Shown here one piece after another: positions 53,896 through 64,000 of a stretch of 64,000 nt of DNA. Position numbers and translations under genes: made by a program. Numbering within the stretch: the first letter of the stretch is position 1; each line of letters starts with the position of its first letter. The notes under the pieces were generated by a model. The model worked only from the letters and a program-made list of their open reading frames with translations. It was not told where the DNA came from and searched no databases. The stretch spans positions 122,822,001 to 122,886,000 of the forward strand of contig OX597818.1 of assembly GCA_951406725.2 (NCBI GenBank), in the 5' to 3' direction. The DNA is from Octopus vulgaris (lineage: Eukaryota).

Positions 53896-54474
53896 TGTAT
53901 GTATGTATGTATGTATGTATGTATGTGAAACTGGAATATGCAGATGAAGATACTATGGTGTTACGATATGTGTTGCTGTAGTATTGTGTTATTTAAATAT
54001 ATAACATGTTTCTTGGGATGATATTGCTATATTTTTATTTTTACTCTATGATATTGTTACAGAGACTGCAACATTGATTAGCCACTCAAGTAAGTCTGAT
54101 TCACTGCATTAGATCTTAAAACATTATTTCTCTGGGAAAGGTTTCAACGCCTTGCTCTTTCCGTTTTAAAATATATTGTCGTCGCTACTCGGCAAACAAA
54201 GAAAAGAGAGACTGATAGATAGACAAACAGACAAAGAAAGAAACTGAAGGAAATCTTCAAGTATTGTCAGGGAGATGTAATATGAAATTCCAATTATTAT
54301 GAAAGTTTGAATTGTTCATGTATTTTAGTTTTATTTTGTATATATAGCTTTATGCTCTGGGTTATGAAAATTTACATGTTGACATAGACAGACGACAGTC
54401 ATAAAATTGTTGTTTAGTTTGAGCATCAGTATATAGATATATATATATACATATGGACAAACACACACACACAC

Positions 54475-54574
<100 letters not shown>

Positions 54575-54599
54575 TATACAGAAAAATAATAGATATGGA

Positions 54600-55130
54600 A
54601 AATTCCTGAAATCTGTCGTTATGGGTGGAACATTTTGGAAAATTGCTTGGTTTAGAGCCTGATGGTGAGACGGTATTGTTGATAAGATGATAAAAGGCAA
54701 GTTTTTCGATTGCGCTTGAATGAGGATGGTATACATCTGACTTGTTTTGAGAAGCAGAAACCAACGTAGTAGTGGCGTAATGGGCAAAGTGAAGAAACAG
54801 CATGTTCTCTGAACTAGAAGCTGTAGTATGCTTCTGAGTGATTATTTGCCAACTGCTTAAATTACCCTCTTTTTAAAGTGGCGCAGAAGCATTTCTATAT
54901 GCAACCATAGAGTCGTTCCAGATAGGGGACAGGATTCCATTCTGGTGTTATATCGATCGTTATAGAGTGTCATTGGCTGAGTATTACTGCAGTATCTTCT
55001 GACGCTGAATAGGAAGCCAGTTCTTTCAAATGTTACTTTCTTTTATGTTGCAGGGGTTGTGAGTGTCACAAATTGTTTCTTGAAGTTAATGACTCAGTCA
55101 TATTTACCCCAACTTTGTCGTGGATGTTCT
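54600..55130 (-). mobile_element. Degenerate LINE C-terminal fragment
   Basis: HFAHY...IEKLAFYHLINN resembles the post-RT YCSHVW...ESKAFRLIN region. Confidence 0.4.
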
Positions 55131-55151
55131 GTAAGAACAAACTATAAAGTA

Positions 55152-55490
55152 TCATCATCATCGTTTAACATCCGTTCTCTATGCTAGCATGGGTTGGACG
55201 GTTCGATCGGGGACCTGGGAAGCCAGAAGGCTGCATCAGGCTCCAGTCTGATCTGGCAGTGTTTCTACAGCTGGATGCCCTTCCTAACGCCAACCACTCC
55301 ATGAGTGTAATGGTGCTTTTTACGTGCTACCTTCACAGGTGCCAGGCGATGCTGGCAACGACCACGATCAGATTGGTGCATTTTACGTGCCACCGGCATG
55401 GAAGTTAGTCAAGGCGGCGCTAGCATCGGCCACGATTCGGATGGTGGTTTTTACGTGCCACCGGCACGGAAGCCAGTCTAGGCGGTGCTA
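55152..55490 (-). mobile_element. RTE-tail-type retroelement 3' end with a (TGA)n tail and ~60-bp internal subrepeats
   Basis: tcatcatcatcgtttaac...tacagctggatgcccttcctaacgccaacc; three copies of ggtgc.ttttacgtgc.acc. Confidence 0.7.
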
Positions 55491-56714
55491 TTTTATTATA
55501 GCTTGTTCTAACGGTATATCTACGTTTTAAGTGGGGTTAAATATTATTTCGTGGTATTAATACTGCTTCTGTCGCTAATATATGTTTTATAAGGAGTCAA
55601 TATGCCTGTGTGCTGTTGAAAGATACATGAGTGTCACGTTCCCTCTCATTGACGAAAATTTTCTAGAACTTTGCTCATGGCATCAGTGTAGATTTAACCT
55701 GATATATCTGGTTTATATGCTGATGCTGTCTGTGTACGGATCATTAGATGTGGCACTAAGTAGGTTATTTATGTACTATATGAAAATTATCTAAACTTTA
55801 GTGTACAGCAGAGGTCAGCGTATGTGTGGGCTGGTCAGCTGATTTGAAGTAAAATAAGATGGATATAGGTTATTATACAAAGAATCCAACTATTAACTGT
55901 GGCTATTCTGTCATTATTGATCACGACTTACACTGTTCGGCTCACAATCACCAAGTTTAATTGGTTCCTGGATTTTGGTAAATCATTTTATGTTGCTTTA
56001 GCCTACTCAATCATTCACAACGTGGATGCTTTGCAGGGCCAGAGTTGAGCAAGTGAAGACGATATTCACGGCTACATAGGCATCTAAAAACCGTAAGTGA
56101 ATGTATTGTAGCTACCCTCCCTCCAAGTCATAGTCTCTCGCATGCCGTTGGTGTACTGTTTTCATATCTGCCTCTTGTATTTGCGATAAATCCTTTTGTT
56201 CAATCTTAAACATGACAGATGTTTTGTCCATACTATACTCAACTGCTACATTCAGAATTTCCAGCAAGTATGTATACGTTTTCTTGTTTTTAGATTTGAT
56301 GGAGTATAATTTGGTTTTGGTTTTAGTTCAATGGAGCCACAATTACTCTGTTGTATATCACTGAGAGATAGTTATGTTAATAAGGTTCTGTGATAGTGGA
56401 CACTAGCTATTTACTCTCAAATATAAGAAACACATTCTTCTATTCGATTTCGATTTTGATTCTGTTATATATGTTTTTGAAACAAAGCCAAAGGGAATTC
56501 TCAGAAGAATATATATTATTCCAAGTTATAGAAATAGAATCTTTATTATTGGAAGAGTCTAGACCATTATCGTTCTCTCGTGACAAAGAGAGCTTACATG
56601 AAGATGATAATAATATATAGATTTAGCAACAAAAACAGAACAACAGCAACTACTATAGTAGGAAGTAATATCTAAAACATGATCAACGAAAAAGAATGAT
56701 AATGCAAAAATTGC

Positions 56715-56719
56715 TATTA

Positions 56720-56779
<60 letters not shown>

Positions 56780-56907
56780 CATCAATGATGATAACAAAAT
56801 GATGATAACAAAATGATGATGTTCATGTCGATGATGATGAGGATGTCGATGGTGATGATGATGATGACGATGAGGATGATGATGACGATGATGATGAGGA
56901 GGACGGC

Positions 56908-56951
<44 letters not shown>

Positions 56952-57330
56952 CGACGACGACGATGATGAGAATGATGATGATGATGATGACGATGATGAT
57001 GACGATGATGAGGATGATGATGATGACGATGATGATGATAATCATGATGATGATGATGATGATGTCGATGATGATGAGGATAATGATGATGATGACGATG
57101 ATGATGACGACGATGATGATGACGATGATGATGATGACGATGATGATGATGATGATGATGACGATGACGACGCTGATGATGATGATGACGATGATGATGA
57201 TGATGATGATGATGACTGTCACTTTATTGAAGAAGAAGAAGAAGAAGAAGAAGAAGAAGAAGAAGAAGATGATGATAAGAAGAAGAAGAAAAAGAAGAAG
57301 AAGAAAAAGAAAAAGAAGAAGAAGAAGAAA
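56715..57330. repeat. Compound triplet microsatellite (ATT)n-(GAT/GAC)n-(GAA)n
   Basis: Direct inspection. Confidence 0.95.
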
Positions 57331-57708
57331 AATTATGTGAAATTGAACAAGAGTGTATTGTATAAAATGTGTTTGTTTCTTAGATGAAATGAAAATAAAA
57401 ATCTCGCATGGCATCAACGTTTCGCAAAATGCAAATATTCATCTGCAAATTACCTGCCACTGACAGAATCGGTAAAAGTTGCTTGAGATCTATTAAGCGA
57501 ATATAAGGAAGGGGAGATGAAGGGGAATGTATAGTAAAGAGTAAGAGAATCATTGCTGTGCGCGTATTAATAATAAAACACAGAAAAATACCATTAATGT
57601 AATTACCGAAGGTGTTTCAATAAGGAAAAAAATTACAACACGTACCTCAGTTAATGACGTACATCTTTTTAATAAAGCAAATCGATATGCAATATGCATA
57701 TATGCATA

Positions 57709-57755
<47 letters not shown>

Positions 57756-57760
57756 CTATA

Positions 57761-57822
<62 letters not shown>

Positions 57823-57840
57823 TGTATTAATATATTTATT

Positions 57841-57877
<37 letters not shown>

Positions 57878-58053
57878 GGTGTCGTGGCAGTTGGTTTTGA
57901 GATAATTATAGCGCATGTGTTTCTAGGTGCACATGACAACTCATCTGAATACGAGGTACCTTGGTCTGAAAGTATTTTATGTACAATTGAAAATTGATGA
58001 AAGCTATGTCAACAAGGACGAGGGGAAAATATGTATGTGTATGTATATACACG

Positions 58054-58110
<57 letters not shown>

Positions 58111-58206
58111 ATGAATGTGCATATTTATATACAAACAGATTACGCACACACACATAGACATACATATATATTTATATAAATATACGTATACTTATATATA
58201 TATAAC

Positions 58207-58415
58207 ATGTGATCTCTTGAGCACCACCAGCAAAAAAAAAATTCCCTCTGTCTTCCCTTCTCGGGATCTTTCCTTCTTCTTTGTTTCGGACGACGAGCTC
58301 CGCTCGAAACGTTAAACCCTCCTTCCCTTCTTTCCTAAGCGTCAGATAATACTTTAATTGTTCCACGTCCTCGCGTTGCTGTGTTTTTTCTGTGTTTTCT
58401 TGTTTGGATTAACTT
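58207..58415 (+). mobile_element. Short element with a minimal hammerhead-like motif (58283-58317)
   Basis: gttt-CGGACGA-c-gagc-tcc-gctc-GAAAC-GTTA-aac, with palindromic stem III AACGTT. Confidence 0.7.
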
Positions 58416-58540
58416 TATATATGTATATACATACATATACATACATACATATATATATGTATGTATGTGTATGCATATATATATATATGTATATATATAT
58501 ATACATATATGTACATATATATACACATATATGCATATGC

Positions 58541-58973
<433 letters not shown>

Positions 58974-58977
<4 letters not shown>

Positions 58978-60220
58978 GTTGCCACGAAAGTAAAATCGTA
59001 TTTCGCAAATTTTTGCGATTTTTGTTATGACTTTTTTTAACGTTATGATTTTTACTTTTTCGCATTTGATAGCCCTTACTTTTAGTTTACTTTAGAAGCA
59101 AATTGTCTGTAATTTTGTTTACAGTTTTTAGATCATTGTTAATTTTAACATGGAGGGCAAAAACGAACTTCTTCACCATATTTTGCTTTTTATTTCTGTA
59201 AAGGCAAGCAAGCTGCTAAGGGTCACAAAGAGATATGTGAAATTTATGGTGTTGATTGCTTAACAGAACGCACATGTCAGAAATGGTTGAAAAAATCCGT
59301 TGGGAGAAATTTCACTCAAAAATGACCAATGTTCTGGTTGACCTACTGAAGTTGATGATGACCGAATAAAAGCTATAATTGAATCTGATTGTCATATAAC
59401 TGTGTGCGAGATAGCAGAGAAGTTAAATGTATCACACACAAGAATTTAAAATCCCTTCAAACGTCTTGAACTCATTAAGAAGCTCGATATTTGTATTCTA
59501 CATAAATTGAAAGAGATTCACTTAACACAACGAATCAATATTTGAGATATGCATCTCAATCGCAATGAAATCAACCGCTTTTTTAAACCGAATCATCACT
59601 GGTGACGAAAAATGGATTGTCTACAATAACATCAATCGAAAACGATCATGGTCCATGTGCAGTGAACCAGCACAATCCACATCGAAAGCTGAGTTGCATT
59701 AAAAAGGTAATGCTATCAATTTGGGGGGGGGGGCTAACCACGGTGTATTGCATTTTGAGCCCCTTCCAGGGAACCAAACGATCAATTCGGATGTTTACTG
59801 TCAACAACTAATGAAACTGGACGAAACAATGAAAGAAAAAGCGGCCAGAACTGGCAAATCGTAAATGAATCGTGTTCGATGACAACGCTTGACCACACAC
59901 GTCTTTGCTAACCCGTGAATAATTAATAGAGTTTGGTTGGGAAGTGATGTCATATCCACCATATAGCCCTGACCTTAAACCACCAGATTATTCTTTGAAT
60001 GGTAAAACTTTCAATAATGATGATGACCTGAAATCGCACTTGCTTCAGTTTTTGGTTGATAAGGACCAGGAATTCTATGAGCGCAGATTCATGAAGTTGC
60101 CAGAAATACGGCAAAGGTCATGGAACAGAATGGAAAATATATGATTAATTAAAGTTCATTATTTGTAAGAAAACACACGTTTATTTCACACCAAAAGGGC
60201 AAAATAATTTCTTTGCCAGT
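58974..60220 (+). mobile_element. Full-length degenerate mariner (DD34D) transposon
   Basis: TA-TTGGGTTG terminus; MEGKNELLHHILL, EIYGVDCLTERTCQKW, IITGDEKWIVYNN, KKVMLSIW, DNA*PH, YPPYSPDLKPPDY; many frameshifts. Confidence 0.93.
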
Positions 60221-60578
60221 GTATGTTTATATGTATATGTATTTATGTGAATATAAGCATACACTCACATACATAAGAAATCAGAAGGAGAGAGGGTATA
60301 TTTAGAATGCAATTGGGGAAAAAGCACCTTGGCAGCGGAATTCTGAATTTATTAATTAACCCAGTGAGCTTTAGGCTTTAGTTGCAGGTATCATGTTCCT
60401 AATTAACAAGATTAATAAAAAATGATAAAGAAAGAAAAGTCATCTTAGAATAGAAAAAGAAAATTATAACGACTATCATCTATTTATGCTTATTGGTTGG
60501 ATTTTTTAAATGCTAGAGGTTATTAATGTTCTCTTACCTCTTCTACAAATTCCGATATCTATCTATCTATCTATCTAC

Positions 60579-60613
<35 letters not shown>

Positions 60614-61364
60614 CCTACCTACCTATCTATCTGCTTATCTATCCAGACTCACATGCACACGCACGCACACACACACACACTCATCATTTTGTTAATGATA
60701 CATAGAAAATAGGAGGCAGAAGTACCAACATAGCGAAAGTTTTATGCAAGATAGAATACTATATATGGTAGGCAAAATCATTATGTAAAAGATAGACATT
60801 AGCTCAAGACTAAAAATGTGAAGAATTGGCAATAATTTAGGCAATAACTCAAGCAAATTTTTCTGTGAAATTGTTGTCATAAGTAGATTTTACTGTAATG
60901 CATAACTAATTTTTGTATTATTCAATTTATTGTACAAACCAATTATGTACTACTACTATTTTTTATAATCTATTTTCAAATTTCTAATTATTAATTAATA
61001 ATTCAAAAACTGATTTTTTTTAAATTGCAAAAAATATTTTCAGTTACTTTTATTTTTAATAGACGTAACAAGTAATAACAAATAGAAGTAATAACTTGTC
61101 CTGAACTTTTCCAAGTGTAATAACTTGTCATGTACTTTTCTGTATTTGTAGTATTAAGGATGTTGTTTCTCCAGCACGCATTTTCCCAGGTAATATACAT
61201 ATATAAATACATACATACACACACACACACACACATTTATATATATTATCATTATTAAGGCAGCGATCTAGAATATATATACATACATGTACATACACAC
61301 ACACACACACACTCACTCACACACACACACACACGCACACACACACACGCACACATTTATATAT

Positions 61365-62349
61365 AATTGTTGGGGCTCGTATGGCAGGCGTTAGCGTAAC
61401 AAAAATAGCCGAAATGTTTGGTGTATCAAGAAGTACTCTCTTGAAAGTAATGAGAGCCTTTGAGAAAGAAGGAAAAAACCTCCTCGAAACAAAACTCCGG
61501 AAGTAAGAAAAAAATTTCAGACAGGGACCGTCGGACTCTTACGCGAATTGTTAGAAAGGAACTCAGTTTGCCGGGAGCTGCACAAAGCCGGATTTCACAG
61601 AAGGGCAGCAATCAGAAAACCACTACTTTCAAAAACAAATGATGCAAAGCGTTTAGAGTTAAGTAAAAACTTATAGAATTGGTCTCTAGAGCAGTGGAAG
61701 AATGCTATTTTATCGGACGAGTCATCCTTTACACTATTTCCAGCCACCGGCCGAGTGTACATGTGAAGACAGCCAAAAGAAGCATTTGACCCAGACCGCT
61801 TTCTTCCAACTGTAAAATATGGAGGAGGATCTGAGATGATCTGGAGGGGGGGCTATATCTTGGAAATCCGCCGGCCCAACGGTTTCCCTTCATGGCAGAA
61901 TTAATAGTGAAGACTATTTAGTCATTTTTATTTGATCAAATTCATTTTTTTGGTTGCGAAAGTGTTTCCAGAGGGCAACGCAATCTTTCAGGATAATGCA
62001 TCAATTCACACAGCTAAAGTTGTTACTGAATGGCACGAGGAGCATTCTAGTGAGGTTGAACATCTCATCTGGCCACCACAGTCCCTAGATCTCAATATTA
62101 TTAAACATTTATGGTGCATTTCAGAAAACAAAGTAAGGAGTCGGTATCCTCCACGCTCATCACTACAAAAGCTGGAAACTATTTTAGCCGAAGAATGGAC
62201 AAAAATTCCTTTGGAAACAATTCAAACTTTGTACGAGTCCATAGCTCGTAGAATTCAAGCTGTAATTACTGCCAAAGACAGTCCTACCCCATATTAAAAT
62301 AAATTTGTGTGAAGTTTTAAAGTGTTTCCATTATTTTTCCAACTCCTGT
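61365..62349 (+). mobile_element. Tc1-like (DD34E) transposon, 5'-truncated and degenerate
   Basis: IVGARMAGVSVTKIAEMFGVSRST, ILSDESSF, TVKYGGGSEMIW, FQDNASIHTAK, WPPQSLDLNIIKHLW; ends ...aactcCTG-TA. Confidence 0.92.
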
Positions 62350-63736
62350 ATAAGCGTGTATGTATGTGTATACACGAATTACAATTGTCTCTCAATTGTT
62401 AGAATCCTGCACGAAATGCTAAAACGGCAAGCAGTCCATAGATAGACAGGGAAATTAATAGTAAATAAAAGCACCCATCATCCCCTAAATACACTCCAAG
62501 AACCAACACTCACATGCATCTGATCCTGGTTGCACACATACAATAACACAAGCACACCGATTGCACAAATTCACCACTTATGCTATTCGCTCCCTCATAT
62601 GTTTACACAGAAAAAGTTACAAATGCACTCTCACGTGTGCGAATGTAATGACACTCATATACATACATACACATATAATATATACATACATACATACTCA
62701 TATACATACATACATACATACATACATACATACTCATATACATACATACACTCATACTAGCAAACACTTCACGCGTATTCACCGATATTCACTTATTCAA
62801 TTTCGGCTATTCAAACCAAAACGCACTCCCGACTCCACATTTTCTCCCTTTTGTCGTCGACTACCACCATATACACTTATCCACACGCAAACACACGGTC
62901 ACACAATTACGTACATGCATGCACGCTTACACACAAAAAATTCACACGTATGCATAATACTTTTTCGATCATTTCGTTCCCTTGAATGACCAGGCCGCCT
63001 TAGGAAAAAAAAGAAGACAATTTAGGGTAACGTTCACTTCAAGTAATATTGGCTATATAAGAAAAAATAAATGAAAATAAAAAGAAATGAAAAAAGCAAA
63101 TGTTCGGAATTTACTCTATCCAAAATGATTGTTTCCCTTTAAGGACCCCATTCTTGCTTGAGCATATATACGTGCCTTTTCAATGCACGCAAACATGTCC
63201 GTACTGGACAGCACGATTTAATTTACAGAACACACACAACACTACACAGCTGCAAACGCAATCCAGATAGACACTCAGATTTAGGTATGTTGAGCCAAAA
63301 GATACATTACACATGGATATCCATGACAGCCCTTGTAGTCTGAGAAAGACTTCTGAAATTTCTTGTTGAACGTCCTGCACAAATTAATTTTCTGTAGTCA
63401 TGGGCTGGGGAACATTGGGTGCAGTGGATGCAAGCGCATCTCTTAAAATTTGATAAAAATCAAAAGTTACGCCCTTACTTTTCTTGGGTTTAGAAAACAA
63501 TACGCCAAAAGTGATTTGTAAAAAGAAGCTTGAAGTTAGCTTTCTTCGTAAAGAACAAAGAGCAAATATAAATAAATAAAAAAGCAATAACACCTTGATG
63601 GTCAAAAGATTTGTACCTGGGTTAGCACCCACTAAGAAGGTCTTGGGGTCGAAATTTGCTTAGTGATAAAATATTAGTAATGATCAAAATATTGTACTGT
63701 ACATTAACTCACTCTCTCCAACAAATCGATGTTTCC

Positions 63737-63905
63737 TGAGCAGGTGCACAGTGTACCGCATGTCAGGTGGCGAACTGATCGCAGAGCAAGGTGAGGTGAA
63801 GTGTTTTGCTCAAGAACACAGCGCACCGCTTTGTCCAGGAAGTGAAACGACGATCTCAAGACCCTGAGTGCAAAACCTAAACTTTTATATCATGCGCCCT
63901 CACAC
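63737..63905 (-). mobile_element. Degenerate tRNA-SINE family C
   Basis: gtgaagtgttttgctcaagaacacagcgc...gaaacgacgatct...gcgccctcac, similar to 39190-39308. Confidence 0.7.
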
Positions 63906-64000
63906 ATATACATATGTACAAAGGTTAAATATACCCGACCACACACCATATTCTTGACATGGAGACCCATCACTAACATTTCTGTGAGTCTTGCAAACAC

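Noticed and set aside
56782-57417. Poly-Met and poly-Ile ORFs
   Set aside because: Alternative frames of a (GAT)n microsatellite
57876-58030. Hammerhead-like CAGATGA...GAAAC on the minus strand between (TA)n tracts
   Set aside because: Core is mutated and the stems cannot be formed convincingly

Overview
AT-rich, repeat-dense eukaryotic DNA, most likely from an octopus or other cephalopod. This is inferred from abundant (TA)n/(TACA)n/(TAA)n microsatellites and recurring octopus-type tRNA SINEs. Almost all ORFs in the supplied track are microsatellite artefacts. Recognisable content is decayed mobile DNA: three tRNA-SINE families, mariner, Tc1 and hAT fragments, a Helitron (PIF1 helicase), Penelope-like elements (RT, GIY-YIG), R4/Dong-like and CR1/L2-like LINE fragments, and a Gmr1-like Gypsy element. 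Most notable: (1) a near-perfect 403-bp palindrome (3708-4110) whose arms each carry a complete type I hammerhead ribozyme, plus other hammerhead-like mini-elements in microsatellites; (2) a Gypsy element containing a DNAJC25 coding fragment; (3) a 5S rRNA copy fused to the SINE 3' tail (SINE3-like); (4) a candidate small 3-exon gene for a secreted protein (about 20.3-21.2 kb) with TATA box, Inr, phase-compatible splice sites and polyA signal. All calls are by eye; no searches were run, and element boundaries are approximate unless TSDs or TIRs are cited.
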